From Spirochaetia bacterium (GTDB lineage Bacteria > Spirochaetota > Spirochaetia > SZUA-6 > Bin103): a stretch of DNA of 64,000 nt. Shown here in pieces: positions 10,432 through 21,711 of this stretch. Below the pieces are notes generated by a model. It saw only the letters and a program-made list of their open reading frames with translations, was not told where the DNA came from and ran no database searches. The stretch is from positions 3,168,001-3,232,000 of the forward strand of contig OZ241907.1 in NCBI GenBank assembly GCA_965203515.1. Direction: 5' to 3'. Each line of letters starts with the position of its first letter. The stretch's first letter is position 1. A program made the position numbers and the translations under genes.

Positions 10432-13068
10432 ATGAAGCAGGCAGGGTTCACCGGCTACCGGCGGCCGCACGAGACGCGCCCCGGCGTTCGCATCGCGGAG
10501 ATCGCCTCGAAGTCGATCATCACCATCGGCGGCATCGGCGTGATCGCCGCGGTGTTCCTGGTGTTCGTGTTTCTGGCCTCGGTGGCGCTGCCGCTGACAG
10601 GTCGCGCGCGGCTTTCGCCGTCGGTTTCCCAGCGAGGCGACGGCGGCGCCGCCACCGCGAACGCGGGCGCCGCGATCGACCGGTTCCTGCTGGTCGACGA
10701 ATACCGCGTCGCCGCCGCGGAGCTGATCGACGGCGGGCGGGCGCTGCGCCATTTCCGCATCGACGCCGGTGTTCCCGGCATGCCGCTGGGATCGCTGCCG
10801 CTGTTCGGCGAACCGCCGACCACGCTGACCTACTCGCAGGACGACGGGTGGTTTGCGGCGGGCTTCGCCGACGGCACGATCCGGCTCGGCCGGGCGGCGT
10901 TCGAAACGGAGTTCCTGGAGGACGCTGACGTGCCGGCCGCCCTGCGCAGCCTTGCGGAAGGCGAGGTGGGCGTGCTCGACGGCGCGACCGTACAGCGCAC
11001 GCCGATCGGCCAGCTCCGCGTCCAGCGGCTGACCGCTCGGATCGAAGCGCCGGTGGCGAGCGGTCACGCCGGAGCGGTGCTGCTGATCGATCAGACGGTG
11101 CGCTCGGTCGGGCCGGTGATCGCCATGGTGACCGACGACGGGGTGCTGCGGGTCAGCGCCGTGACGCGCCGGCGCAACATCCTCACCGGCCGCGTGACCT
11201 CGTCGGTGCGGGGCGGGAGCATCGCGATTCCCGGTTTCGACCGGGCCGTCGAGCTCGCCCGAGTGTTGGTCAGCGGCAACGCCGACGCGGTCTACGTGCT
11301 GTGGCGGGACGGGGCGTTCGTGCGCTTCGACACCCGCGATCTCGGCCGGCCGGCGGTGGCCGAGCGCGGCGATCTGGTGCGTGACGACGCGGCGCGGCTC
11401 ACCGCGGCGCGATTCCTGCTGGGCCGCGATACGCTGCTGGCCGGCGACAGCCGCGGGCGCGTCGGCACCTGGTTCCGCGTGCGCGACGCGGACGCCGCCA
11501 CCGGCGACGGGTTGTCGTTGACCGGCGTCCATACCTTCGACGGCCCGGCGGCCGTCACCAGCATCGGCAGTTCGGCGCGCAAGCGCATGATCGTCGTCGG
11601 CTACGAGGACGGCAGCGTGCGCGCCTTCTACGTCACCAGCGATGCCTTTCTGGCAGAGGCGCGGCCCTTCGCCGGGGTGCCGATCGCCGCGGTCGCACTC
11701 AGCCCGCGCGACGACGCGATCGCCGCGGTGACCGATCGGGGATTCGCGCTGCTGTCACTGGACAGCCCGCATCCGGAGGCTACCCTGGGATCGGTCTTCG
11801 CAAAGGTATGGTACGAGGGCAACGCCGCCCCCGCGCACGTGTGGCAGTCATCGAGCGCCACCGACACGTTCGAGCCGAAGTACGGGCTGATCCCGCTGAT
11901 ATTCGGCACGCTCAAGGCGACCATCTATTCGATGCTGTTCGGCGTGCCGATCGCGATGCTGGCGGCCGTCTATACCAGCGAGTTTCTCCATAACAGGCTG
12001 CGCGCGCGCATCAAGCCGGTGATCGAGATGATGGCCAGCCTGCCGAGCGTGGTGCTCGGATTCCTGGCCGGTCTGGTGTTCGCGCCGATCGCCGAGCGGG
12101 CGGTGCCGATGATCCTGGTCGCCTTCCTTACCGTCCCGCTCACCTGTCTGGCAGGCGGCTACCTGTTTCAGCTTCTTCCCGACCGCACGGCGATCATCCT
12201 TGCGCGGTACCGGATGCTGTTCGTGCTGGGGGGAGCGCTGCCGGCGGGCCTGTCGTTGGCGCGGATCGCCGGGCCGGCGGTCGAGCGCGCGCTGTTCGCG
12301 GGCGATATCAAGCTGTGGCTGGATGGGCAGATCGGTTCCGGCGCCGGCGGCTGGGCTGTGCTGCTGCTGCCGATCAGCGGATTGGCGACGGTGTGGTTCC
12401 TGTCCCGCTGGCTGGCTCCCCGGCTGCGCCCGGTCTACCGACGGCTGCCCGCCCGCCAGGCGGCGCTGCTGGAGATCGTCAAGCTCGCCGCCGGGCTGGC
12501 GGTCGCGGGCGGCGGCGCGCTGCTGGCCGGTCATCTGCTGCAGGCGCTCGGTCTCGACTCGCGCGGTTCGTTCCCGGTCATCGGTCCGGTGCTCGGCACC
12601 TACGTGCAGCGCAACTCGCTGGTGGTGGGGTTCGTGATGGGCTTTGCCATCATCCCGATCATCTACACGATCGCCGACGACGCGCTGAAGAGCGTGCCGG
12701 AGCACCTGCGCTCGGCGTCGCTGGCCGCCGGGGCGACCCCGTGGCAGACCGCGGTCCGCGTCATCGTACCGACCGCCATGAGCGGGCTCTTTTCCGCCGT
12801 CATGATCGGGCTGGGCCGCGCCGTGGGAGAGACGATGATCGTGCTGATGGCGGCGGGCAATACGCCGATCCTGGAGATGAACCTGTTCAACGGCTTCCGA
12901 ACCCTGGCGGCGAACATCGCCGTCGAGCTGCCGGAAGCGGTCATCGGCAGCACCCATTATCGCATCCTGTTTCTGGCGGCGCTGACGCTGTTCATGATGA
13001 CGTTCGTCGTCAACACGATCGCGGAGTCGGTGCGGCAGCGGTTCCGCCGCCGGGCGTTCGAGCTGTGA
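10432..13068 (+). CDS. pstC: Phosphate ABC permease PstC with a large beta-propeller-like extracytoplasmic insertion
   Basis: PLIFGTLKA, MASLPSVVLG, SLAAGATPWQTA, GRAVGETMIVLM. Start placed at ATG 10432. Confidence 0.92.
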   Translation: MKQAGFTGYRRPHETRPGVRIAEIASKSIITIGGIGVIAAVFLVFVFLASVALPLTGRARLSPSVSQRGDGGAATANAGAAIDRFLLVDEYRVAAAELIDGGRALRHFRIDAGVPGMPLGSLPLFGEPPTTLTYSQDDGWFAAGFADGTIRLGRAAFETEFLEDADVPAALRSLAEGEVGVLDGATVQRTPIGQLRVQRLTARIEAPVASGHAGAVLLIDQTVRSVGPVIAMVTDDGVLRVSAVTRRRNILTGRVTSSVRGGSIAIPGFDRAVELARVLVSGNADAVYVLWRDGAFVRFDTRDLGRPAVAERGDLVRDDAARLTAARFLLGRDTLLAGDSRGRVGTWFRVRDADAATGDGLSLTGVHTFDGPAAVTSIGSSARKRMIVVGYEDGSVRAFYVTSDAFLAEARPFAGVPIAAVALSPRDDAIAAVTDRGFALLSLDSPHPEATLGSVFAKVWYEGNAAPAHVWQSSSATDTFEPKYGLIPLIFGTLKATIYSMLFGVPIAMLAAVYTSEFLHNRLRARIKPVIEMMASLPSVVLGFLAGLVFAPIAERAVPMILVAFLTVPLTCLAGGYLFQLLPDRTAIILARYRMLFVLGGALPAGLSLARIAGPAVERALFAGDIKLWLDGQIGSGAGGWAVLLLPISGLATVWFLSRWLAPRLRPVYRRLPARQAALLEIVKLAAGLAVAGGGALLAGHLLQALGLDSRGSFPVIGPVLGTYVQRNSLVVGFVMGFAIIPIIYTIADDALKSVPEHLRSASLAAGATPWQTAVRVIVPTAMSGLFSAVMIGLGRAVGETMIVLMAAGNTPILEMNLFNGFRTLAANIAVELPEAVIGSTHYRILFLAALTLFMMTFVVNTIAESVRQRFRRRAFEL

Positions 13069-14858
13069 GCGCGCCGATCGCCCCCGTCGCCGGGCCGGGG
13101 ACGGCGCGGTCCCGCGCCGCGCGCCGCCGGCGGCGCGGCACGTCGCTGGTCGTCCAGGGGCAGCCGCTGATGTGGCTGACCGCCGGCGCGTTGGTGATCG
13201 CGCTGGTCATGACGTTGGGCTTGCTGGTGCTGATCGTGGCGCGCGGGCTCGGCACGTTCTGGCCGGCGCCGCTGGCGCGGTTCGAGACCGTCGACGGATC
13301 GACCTACCTGGGCGAGGTGACCCGGAGCGACCGTTACCGGCCGGCGGCGAACGCGGTCGAATCCCTGCCCGCCGCCGCGCAGGAGTCGGCTCGGCGCCTG
13401 CTGGACCGGCAGCGCGGCTGGTCGACGCGGTGGCTGGTCAGGACCGGCAACTTCGACGTGACCGGCGCGCACTTCACCTGGGTGGCGGACTATGCGCTGG
13501 CCGAGCGCACCTCCCCCGCATGGGCGGTGATCTTCGAGCGGCTCACCTGGGGACGGTTCTACGGTGAGCCGGCGGCGTTCCTGATCGACGGCACGGCGAC
13601 CGCCACCGGGCCGGAGGCCGCCTGGCGGGAGTTCGAACGGCATCACCCGACCGTCGAACGGTGGCGAAGCGAGCGCCGGAAGCTGGAGCGGCGCGACGTC
13701 GGACACGTGAACCATCGCCTGGAACGGGCGCGGCTCCGCGTGCGCGAGGCGGAGCTGCTGCTCGACGACGCGCGAGCCGAAGGATCGGCGGAGCGGATCG
13801 AGGCCGCCGCGACGGCGCTCGCCTCGCAGCGGGAGCGGAGCGCCGCGGTCGAGGCCGAAGCGGCCGCGGAGTACGCCGAGATACGCGCCCGGATCGACGA
13901 GCTGCACCGATCGAGCGACCGCTACCGGTTGTCTATGCGGCTCGCAGACGGCGCCGAGGCGCTGGTGCCGATCGGGCAGATCGTGCGCGGCTACCCGGCC
14001 AACCAGCTCGGCCTGCCGCGCAAGCTCGGTATCTATCTGTCCCGGTGGTGGGAGTTTCTGACCGCCGACCCGCGTGAGGCCAACAGCGAAGGCGGCGTCT
14101 TCCCGGCGATCTTCGGCACGGTGGTGATGACGCTGCTGATGTCGCTGGCGGTCGTCCCGTTCGGGGTGGTCGCGGCGCTCTACCTGCGCGAGTACGCCAA
14201 GGCCGGACGCCTGGTGTCGACCGTCCGGATCGCGATCAACAACCTGGCCGGCGTGCCGAGCATCGTCTTCGGCGTGTTCGGGCTCGGCTTCTTCAGCTAC
14301 CTGATCGGCGGCGGCATCGACGAGCTGTTCTTTCGCGCCAAGCTGCCCAGCCCCACCTTCGGAACGGGAGGCATCCTGTGGGCATCCCTTACCCTGGCGC
14401 TGCTGACCCTGCCGGTGGTGATCGTGGCGACCGAGGAGGCGCTGGCCGCCGTGCCCGGGTCGATGCGGGAAGGCTCCTATGCGTGCGGGGCGAGCAAGTG
14501 GCAGACGATCAAGCGGATCGTCATGCCGCGCGCCATGCCGGGCATCATGACCGGCATGATCCTGGCGATGGCGCGCGGCGCCGGCGAGGTGGCTCCGCTG
14601 ATGCTGGTCGGCGCGGTGAAGCTGGCGCCCGAGCTGCCGATCGACCGGTACTTCCCGTTCGTGCACCTGGAGCGCAGCTTCATGCACCTCGGCTTCCACA
14701 TCTTCGACGTCGGCTTTCAGAGTCAGAACAGCGAAGCGGCCATCCCCATGGTGTTCACCGCGACGCTGCTGCTGATCCTGATCGTCGTGCTGCTGAACGT
14801 GACGGCGATCCGGCTGCGCAGCCGGCTGCACCGCCGCTTCGCGGAGAGCCAGTTCTAG
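13065..14858 (+). CDS. pstA: Phosphate ABC permease PstA with a coiled-coil insertion
   Basis: GTGA overlap with pst[36 protein letters not shown]. Confidence 0.92.
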   Translation: MSAPIAPVAGPGTARSRAARRRRRGTSLVVQGQPLMWLTAGALVIALVMTLGLLVLIVARGLGTFWPAPLARFETVDGSTYLGEVTRSDRYRPAANAVESLPAAAQESARRLLDRQRGWSTRWLVRTGNFDVTGAHFTWVADYALAERTSPAWAVIFERLTWGRFYGEPAAFLIDGTATATGPEAAWREFERHHPTVERWRSERRKLERRDVGHVNHRLERARLRVREAELLLDDARAEGSAERIEAAATALASQRERSAAVEAEAAAEYAEIRARIDELHRSSDRYRLSMRLADGAEALVPIGQIVRGYPANQLGLPRKLGIYLSRWWEFLTADPREANSEGGVFPAIFGTVVMTLLMSLAVVPFGVVAALYLREYAKAGRLVSTVRIAINNLAGVPSIVFGVFGLGFFSYLIGGGIDELFFRAKLPSPTFGTGGILWASLTLALLTLPVVIVATEEALAAVPGSMREGSYACGASKWQTIKRIVMPRAMPGIMTGMILAMARGAGEVAPLMLVGAVKLAPELPIDRYFPFVHLERSFMHLGFHIFDVGFQSQNSEAAIPMVFTATLLLILIVVLLNVTAIRLRSRLHRRFAESQF

Positions 14859-14881
14859 CAGGTTCAGGAGGGTCTCTTCGG

Positions 14882-15832
14882 ATGGATGCAACCCGGGAAC
14901 GTAGCGCCCCCCTTCGGATCGGCGCGGACGGCCACCATACGCCGCCCGTCGAGGTCGCTTCCCAGACGGACGGACGCCTGCGAGCCGGCGCGCATGCGCC
15001 CGCGCGCGAGAACCCGCTGGAGCGCATAGCCGCCGGCGGCCTGGTCAAGACCGCCGTACATCCGCGCACGCGCGAGCTGGAGTGCGTGCTGGAGGTCGAC
15101 GGCTTCAACCTGTGGTACGGGGACGCGCAGGCGTTGTTCGACGTGTCGATGGACGTCCCGTTCGGGCAGGTGACGGCGCTCATCGGCCCGTCCGGCTGCG
15201 GCAAGTCGACGCTGCTGCGATCGGTCAACCGGCTCAACGACCTGGTCGAAACCGTGCGGATCGAGGGCGACATGCGCCTGTCGGGCGACTCGATCTACGC
15301 GCCGGGGACCGACGTGATCGAGCTGCGCAAGCGCATGGGCATGGTGGCGCAGAAGCCCAATCCGTTCCCGATGAGCGTCTACGAGAACGTGGTCTACCCG
15401 CTGCGGATCGACGGCGAGCGGGACAAGCAGGTGCTCGATTCGGTATGCCACCGCGCCCTGCAGGGCGCGGCGCTCTGGGATGAGGTAAAGGACCGGCTGC
15501 ACGAGAGCGCCCTGGGACTGTCGGGCGGCCAACAGCAACGGCTGTGCATCGCGCGCGCGGTTGCCGCCGAGCCGGAGGTGCTGCTGATGGACGAGCCGGC
15601 CAGCGCGCTGGATCCGATCGCCACCAGCAAGATCGAGGATCTGATCCATGAGCTGAAGGGCAGCTACACGATCCTGATCGTGACGCACAACATGCAGCAA
15701 GCGTCACGGGTCAGCGACGTCACCGCGTTCATGTACCTGGGTCGGCTCATCGAGTTCGCGCCGACGGAGGAGATGTTCGTAAAGCCGCAGTTGCAGGAGA
15801 CGGAGGACTACATAAGCGGCCGGTTCGGATGA
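14882..15832 (+). CDS. pstB: Phosphate ABC transporter ATP-binding protein
   Basis: [56 protein letters not shown]. Confidence 0.96.
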   Translation: MDATRERSAPLRIGADGHHTPPVEVASQTDGRLRAGAHAPARENPLERIAAGGLVKTAVHPRTRELECVLEVDGFNLWYGDAQALFDVSMDVPFGQVTALIGPSGCGKSTLLRSVNRLNDLVETVRIEGDMRLSGDSIYAPGTDVIELRKRMGMVAQKPNPFPMSVYENVVYPLRIDGERDKQVLDSVCHRALQGAALWDEVKDRLHESALGLSGGQQQRLCIARAVAAEPEVLLMDEPASALDPIATSKIEDLIHELKGSYTILIVTHNMQQASRVSDVTAFMYLGRLIEFAPTEEMFVKPQLQETEDYISGRFG

Positions 15833-15856
15833 GCCGGTCGGAGGAGGAGTTGGAAC

Positions 15857-16378
15857 ATGGGATTTCGTAGAGCGTATGCGCGCGTGCCGGCGGCGGTCGT
15901 GATCCTGGCCGCGGCCGGAGCGTCGATCGTCGGTTGCGCGACGACGGATACCGCCCGAGCACCGCTGGCGCTCGACCGGTACGCCAAGCCGGGGTTCGCG
16001 GTGCTGGAGGAGGACGGTCGGCTCTGGGTATTCCGCGAGGGATCGGACGACCTTGCGATGTTTCGGGAAGTCGGCGAGCCCGCCAGGCAGGTGGCGCGGC
16101 CTCTGGCGGCGCCGGGCGGGGTGACCGTCAGGTCGACCGACAGCGACACGATCGACGAGTACCTCACCACGTTGCCGGATTTCTACACGCAGATGGACGA
16201 TGGACGGCTGTGGGTGTTCCGCGCCGGCAGCGCGGAGCTCGAGGAGTTCCTGCAGACCGGCGAGCCCGCCAAGCAGGTGGTGCGACCTCTGGCCGGCCCG
16301 TTCGGGCTGACGATCAAGGCCGTCGACACGGCGGTGATCGACGAGTATCTGGCGGCCTGGGAGGCCGCGGCGCAGTAG
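15857..16378 (+). CDS. Hypothetical lipoprotein with two 62-aa tandem repeats
   Basis: GGAGGAG RBS, IVGC lipobox, and the motif DGRLWVFR.GS..L..F...GEPA.QV.RPLA.P.G.T....D...IDEYL present twice. Confidence 0.85.
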   Translation: MGFRRAYARVPAAVVILAAAGASIVGCATTDTARAPLALDRYAKPGFAVLEEDGRLWVFREGSDDLAMFREVGEPARQVARPLAAPGGVTVRSTDSDTIDEYLTTLPDFYTQMDDGRLWVFRAGSAELEEFLQTGEPAKQVVRPLAGPFGLTIKAVDTAVIDEYLAAWEAAAQ

Positions 16379-16465
16379 CGCCGGACGCCGGGCGTCCGGT
16401 GTCCGATGATCGGGGTTGGACCGCGGCCGGCGCCGCAGCCGGCCGGCCGCCCCCGGGGGGAAGCC

Positions 16466-17134
16466 GTGAGTGAGCCGCAACCGCTCCGTCACCAGTTCGA
16501 GCGTGAGATCGGGGAACTGGAGCAGCGCCTGCTGGGCCTGTCCCAGTCGGTCGAGTCGGCGCTGACCCAGGCGACCAAGGCGCTGCTGGTCCAGAACGAG
16601 GAGCTGGCCGAGCACGTCATAGTCGGCGAGAACGAGGTCAACACCGCCGCCTGGGAGATCGAGGACTACGTCAACACGCTGGTGGCGCGCGAGCAACCGG
16701 TCGCCACCGATCTGCGCTTCATCATCACCACCCTGCACGTGGTGATCGCGCTGGAGCGGATCGGGGACCTGGCGGTGCACGTCGCCCGGGTGGCGCAGAA
16801 GCTCTCCTCGGAGACCTACGTCAAACCGCTGATCTCGATGAACTCGATGGCGGACCGCGCCGCGCAGATGGTGCGCGAGTCCGTGCACGCGTACGTGAGC
16901 CGTGACGAGCAGGCCGCCCACGACGTCGCCGCCGGCGACGATCTGATCGACAACACCTACTCGCAACTCTTTCGCGAGCTGCTCACCTACATGATGGAGT
17001 CGCCGAAGACGATCGCGCAGGCGCAGACGCTGCTGTTCGTGGCCAAGCAGTTCGAGCGGGTCGGCGACCACGCCACCAACATCTGCGAAGCGGCCGTCTA
17101 CGTGGCGACCGGACGGCGCGTCGAGCTGAACTGA
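16466..17134 (+). CDS. phoU: Phosphate signalling protein PhoU
   Basis: EQPVATDLR, LERIGDLA, DDLID, FERVGDHATNICE. Confidence 0.95.
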   Translation: MSEPQPLRHQFEREIGELEQRLLGLSQSVESALTQATKALLVQNEELAEHVIVGENEVNTAAWEIEDYVNTLVAREQPVATDLRFIITTLHVVIALERIGDLAVHVARVAQKLSSETYVKPLISMNSMADRAAQMVRESVHAYVSRDEQAAHDVAAGDDLIDNTYSQLFRELLTYMMESPKTIAQAQTLLFVAKQFERVGDHATNICEAAVYVATGRRVELN

Positions 17135-17157
17135 ACGTCGGGTCGAACCGATGCGCG

Positions 17158-19299
17158 TCAGCGCTCGGGACGCGACCGCCGGGCGATCAGCCTTCCGGCC
17201 GGCTCACCGAGCTCGGTGCGGGCGCGCCGCCCGGCGGCCTCGTACATCGCCCGCTGGCTGCGATGGAACGGCTCGTCCGCCGAAGAGCGCCGCACCCGCG
17301 CATACGTTCCGTCGCTCCGCAGGCGGTAGGCGTTGGTGTTGTCGGCGAAGGCGGATTCCAGTATCTCCAGCACGCGGCGCTTCAGCCGCGGGTCCTCGAT
17401 CGGCGCCATGAGCTCGACCCGGCGGCTGAGATTGCGCGGCATCCAGTCGGCGCTCGACAAGTAGCACTCGTCGGCGCCGCCGGCGCGCACGTAGAGGAGC
17501 CGCGCGTGCTCCAGGTAGCGGTCGATGACCGACACCACCATGATGTTGCGGCTCATGCCGCGCCGATCCGGGATCAGCAGACATTCGCCGCGGACGTTCA
17601 GCCGAATGGTGACCCCGGCCCGCGATGCCGAGTAGAGCGCGTCGATCACGTCGCGATCGGTGAGCTGATTCAGCTTGGCCATGATCAGCGGCCGTTCGTT
17701 CGGCTGACGGGCGGCCTCGCGTTCGATCATCGCCAACAGACGCTGCTTGAGGGCGGTGGGCGCCATCGCCAGCCGGCGCAGGTTCGGCACCGTGGAGTAG
17801 CCGGTGATGGCGTTGAAGAACATGCCGGCCTCCATGGCCAGCTCGTCGTCGGCGGTCAGCAGCCCGACGTCGGTGTACAGCCGGGCGGTGTCGTCCCGGT
17901 AGTTGCCGGTTCCCAGATGGACGTAGCGCCGGATGCGGCCCGATTCGCGGCGGACGATGAGCAGCGCCTTGGCGTGCACTTTGTGCCAGGCGATCCCGTA
18001 CACCACGATCGCGCCCTGCCGCTCCAGCAGCGCGGCGCGCTCCAGGTTGCGCTCCTCGTCGAAGCGCGCCTTTACCTCGACCAGGACCGTCACCTGCTTG
18101 CCGGCTTCCGCCGCCCGGCCGAGCGCGTCGACGATCGGCGACTCCCGCGATACGCGGTACAGGGTCATCTTGAGGGCCAGCACCGCCGGGTCTTCGGCGG
18201 CGCGTTCGAGCAGATCGACGACCGCGTCGAAGGTCTCGTAGGGGTGGTGCAGCAGGCGGTCCCGGGTCTGAATCACGCTCCAGATCGACTCGGCGCCGTC
18301 CAGCCAGGTCGGACGGACCGGCTCCCACGGCTCGAACCGGAGCCGGTCGAGCCCCGGCATGTCGACCAGGCTCGACCAGCCGGCCAGATCCAGCGGGCCG
18401 TCGCACCGGTAGATATCGACCGGATCGACCGATAGCTCGGCGGCCAGCACCCGGCACAGCTCGCAGTCGGCGTCGCTGGTCTCCAGACGCACCGCCACCC
18501 CGCCGCGGCGCGCCGAGATCACCTCTTCCATCGCCTCCACGAAGTCGTCGTCGCGCAGCTCGTCGACCTCGGCATCGCCGGAGCGGGTGACGCGAAACAC
18601 GATCCGGTCCAGGATGGTGAAGCCGGGAAAGAACAGGTCGGCGTTGGCCGCGACCAAGTCCTCCAGCAGCGCGAAGGCGATGCCCGCGCCCTCCTGTGGT
18701 ACCGGGACCAGCCGGTCGACCGAGCCCGGCAGCGGCACCACGGCGACGATCGGCCCGTCGCCCGCCGCGGACGCGGAACGCGCCTGATCGTCGGCCGGTT
18801 CCAGCAGGAAGCCGACGTGCAGTCGCAGACTCGGCAGCGGCACGCTCTCTTCGGGCGTGATGCGGACCGGCGTAAGGGCCGGATATATCTGATTGGTGAA
18901 GTGGTCGCGGAGCTGCTCCATGGTGCCGAGCGGATAGGCGTCGCGGTCCAGCAGCCGCACCCCGGCGTCGGCCAGCAGCGGCAGCACGCGCGTGCGCAGA
19001 CAGTCGGCCTGCGCGCGCACGATCTGCTCGACGCGCCGGCGAACCTCGGCAAGGCGGTTCGCCGTTCCCGCGCGCCGCAGCGCCGGCACCCGCACCATGA
19101 AGAACTCGTCCAGGTTGGTGCCGACGATTCCCAGGAAGCGCAGGCGCTCCAGCAGCGGGACGGCGGTCGTCTCGGCCCGGTCCAGCACCCGGCGGTTGAA
19201 CGCCAGCCAACTCAGCGCACCGTCGAGATACCGCGCCGGCGGTGGCGCGTTGGCCGGTCGAGGGCGTGCGCCGCCTGCGGATATGGCTGCGGCGCTCAC
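17158..19299 (-). CDS. ppk1: Polyphosphate kinase 1
   Basis: SWLAFNRRVL, NLDEFFMVRV, LHHPYETF, KARFDEERN, KVHAK, GTGNY, RYLEHAR, SADWMPRNL. Confidence 0.96.
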   Translation of the reverse strand: MSAAAISAGGARPRPANAPPPARYLDGALSWLAFNRRVLDRAETTAVPLLERLRFLGIVGTNLDEFFMVRVPALRRAGTANRLAEVRRRVEQIVRAQADCLRTRVLPLLADAGVRLLDRDAYPLGTMEQLRDHFTNQIYPALTPVRITPEESVPLPSLRLHVGFLLEPADDQARSASAAGDGPIVAVVPLPGSVDRLVPVPQEGAGIAFALLEDLVAANADLFFPGFTILDRIVFRVTRSGDAEVDELRDDDFVEAMEEVISARRGGVAVRLETSDADCELCRVLAAELSVDPVDIYRCDGPLDLAGWSSLVDMPGLDRLRFEPWEPVRPTWLDGAESIWSVIQTRDRLLHHPYETFDAVVDLLERAAEDPAVLALKMTLYRVSRESPIVDALGRAAEAGKQVTVLVEVKARFDEERNLERAALLERQGAIVVYGIAWHKVHAKALLIVRRESGRIRRYVHLGTGNYRDDTARLYTDVGLLTADDELAMEAGMFFNAITGYSTVPNLRRLAMAPTALKQRLLAMIEREAARQPNERPLIMAKLNQLTDRDVIDALYSASRAGVTIRLNVRGECLLIPDRRGMSRNIMVVSVIDRYLEHARLLYVRAGGADECYLSSADWMPRNLSRRVELMAPIEDPRLKRRVLEILESAFADNTNAYRLRSDGTYARVRRSSADEPFHRSQRAMYEAAGRRARTELGEPAGRLIARRSRPER

Positions 19300-20273
19300 G
19301 GCAGCAATTCCTCCGCCAGCGATTCCTGCGCGAGTGCCGCGGCGCCGCGCACGACCGCTTCGTCGCCGAGCGTCGCGGCGACCACTTCGACCCCTTCGGC
19401 CAGCGCCGGCAGCGCGTGACGCCGCATGGAAGCGGCGGCGCGCTCGATCAACCAGTCGCCGAGCTTCTCCACCAATCCGCCGCCTATCACCACCATCTCC
19501 GGATTGAGCAGGTTGACGCAGTTGGCGATGCCGATGCCCAGCCGCTCCGCCGCGCGCTCCAGCAGCGCGATGCCGGCCGGCTCACCGGCGGCCAGCACGC
19601 GGGCGATCGCCTTGCTGCGCACGGACCGCACGTCGGTTCCCGCCTTGGCCGCCACCGACGGCACGCGCCCGATCGCCGCCTGCGCGATCAGGTCGCGGGC
19701 GATGGCGCTACGGCTTGCCAGCGCCTCCAGGCAGCCGTACTGGCCGCAGCCGCACATCGGCCCGTCGAGCTGCATGATCATGTGGCCGATCTCGCCCGCG
19801 TTGCCCCGTGCGCCGCGGTACAGGCGGCCGTCCAGCACCAGCCCGCCGCCGATGCCGGTGCCGGGAAACACGCCGATCACGTGCCGGCGGCCGCGCGCCG
19901 CGCCGTAGCGGTGCTCCCCGTAGGTGCCGGCGCTGACGTCATTCTCGACCATGACCGGGACGCCGAACGCATCCTGCAGGCGATCGCGGATCGGGAAGTC
20001 GGACACGCCCAGATTCGGCGGCGCCACCAGGGTGCCGCTCCGCGCATCGATCGGCCCCGGCGCGCCGACGCCGATCGCCGCCGGCGCCGACCGCTCGACC
20101 TTGGCGGCTGCCAGCGCGGCTTCGACGGTGCCCGCCAGGTCCGCCGCCAGGCCGCCGGCTCCGGCGGTGGGCCTGGTCGACCGCTTGGACGATCCCAGCG
20201 CCTGTCCGCCGCGATACACGGTGGCGAGCATTTTCGAGCCGCCCAGATCGACGCCCACTACCAGCGCATCCAT
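19296..20273 (-). CDS. ROK family sugar kinase (glucokinase-like)
   Basis: GVDLGGSK, VENDV, GTGIGGG, GEIGH, CGCGQYGCLE. Confidence 0.92.
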   Translation of the reverse strand: MDALVVGVDLGGSKMLATVYRGGQALGSSKRSTRPTAGAGGLAADLAGTVEAALAAAKVERSAPAAIGVGAPGPIDARSGTLVAPPNLGVSDFPIRDRLQDAFGVPVMVENDVSAGTYGEHRYGAARGRRHVIGVFPGTGIGGGLVLDGRLYRGARGNAGEIGHMIMQLDGPMCGCGQYGCLEALASRSAIARDLIAQAAIGRVPSVAAKAGTDVRSVRSKAIARVLAAGEPAGIALLERAAERLGIGIANCVNLLNPEMVVIGGGLVEKLGDWLIERAAASMRRHALPALAEGVEVVAATLGDEAVVRGAAALAQESLAEELLP

Positions 20274-21442
20274 CTACCTTCGCCGATGCCTCCTCGACCG
20301 TAGTCTGTTCCATGCGGCGCGCGCCCGGTGCACGTCCCGATCGGAGAATCCGCATCCGTCCTTGAGCAGCGCGCGGTCGCCGTGATCCAGCGCCCCATCG
20401 AGGTCGCCGGCCCGTAGGCGCCGGTCGATGTACTCGACGTCGAGGCCTGCCGAGAACCGATACGGGACCAGCAGCCGTTCCGCTTCCCGCGGCTCCAGTT
20501 CCAGCACGCCGCCGCCGTAGCTCCGCCCGCACACCTCGGCCCAGGCGAAGGTGAGCGAGTTCACCTTCGACGCGCAGAGCATGTCCACGTCCACCCCCGC
20601 GGCGACCCGCACGCGGTGGATCGTATCGGTCGACGTCGCACGCGCGTGATTCTCCGCCAGCAATGGCGCATGGTGAATCTGACGGAACAGGAACGCATCC
20701 GGCACGTACACCGACGGCACGTCGAACCAGCGGTTGCGTATACGGCACTTGTAGCCGCGGTCGACGCCCTGCTCCTCACCCGAGCGGACGTACGCGTCGA
20801 GAGCGGTCGAGAACGATGACCGCGGCTGCCCGTTCAGATCGACCAGCTTCGATCGGTGTTCCGTGCCGTAACGCCGCAAGTCGTCCGCAGTGAACCGAAT
20901 CGACTTGAGAGCGGCGGTCCGGCCGACCACGTCGACCGCGCGGCCATCCAGGCCCAGCCGCTGCGCCGTGCCTTCCGTAACGACGAAGAAGCTGTTGCGG
21001 CCGGTCACGATGCCGACGTCCACGTCCGCCAATTCGCCCATGCGGTCGAGCGCCCGCTTGCGGCGTCGCTCAGGGCGCGAAACTCGTCGTCTTCGAGAAA
21101 GAGTGACGTCCACTTCATGTGGGCGTGCGTATGCCGCTCCGGCACGTGCGAAACGAGGCCGGACGTTCGCGCTATCGACAACAACGCTGCGCCGTCGACG
21201 ACCTGCCGGGTGTACAGTCGGCCGTACGTCTGCGCGTTCCGGTTGCGGCCATCGCCGAGCAGCAGCAGCACCTCCTGCTGGATGTCCGGGAATATCAGCC
21301 GGTCGAAGGCGATGACGAATACGGCGTCGAAGAGCCGGGGCAGCGTGTAGTACCCACCTCGCACCTTGGTAGCCGTCGGAACCGTCTTGTTGGTTCCGAA
21401 CTCCGCGAATCCGAAGGTACGTTGCTCGACAGCACTCGCCAT
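20274..21442 (-). pseudogene. N6-adenine DNA methyltransferase remnant (type II RM-like) with an internal deletion and a frameshift
   Basis: RGGYYT is joined directly to IFPDIQQEVLLL with no SAM-binding or NPPY motifs. Frameshift near 21055 leads into the C-terminal region VGIVTG...YKCRIR..W...GRSYGGGVLELEPRE. Confidence 0.8.
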
Positions 21443-21711
21443 ATCTTCGCTGCCGTGCCGGATACCGCCCCACTCCATGAGCTTGTCCGGTTCCACGCGT
21501 ATCCGGGGCATCTCTCGAAGCTCAGCCACGATCCTCCTCAGCTTGCCGGTCGAGTGCATGCATCATACAGGATCAGCGCTTTCCGGGCGGCGCCGCTTCA
21601 AGGCGACCGGTCGGGTCGTGGCGTGGCCCGACCGTAGCGCTCTCCGTTAGCGATCCAGGTTCACCCGGCGCGCGGTTTGCAGGACCGGTGTGGCCCGCGT
21701 ACCGTAGCGCC

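Noticed and set aside
19296..20273. Classical polyphosphate glucokinase (PpgK)
   Set aside because: It retains the CxCGxxGC zinc motif typical of ATP-dependent ROK kinases; adjacency to ppk1 alone is not sufficient.
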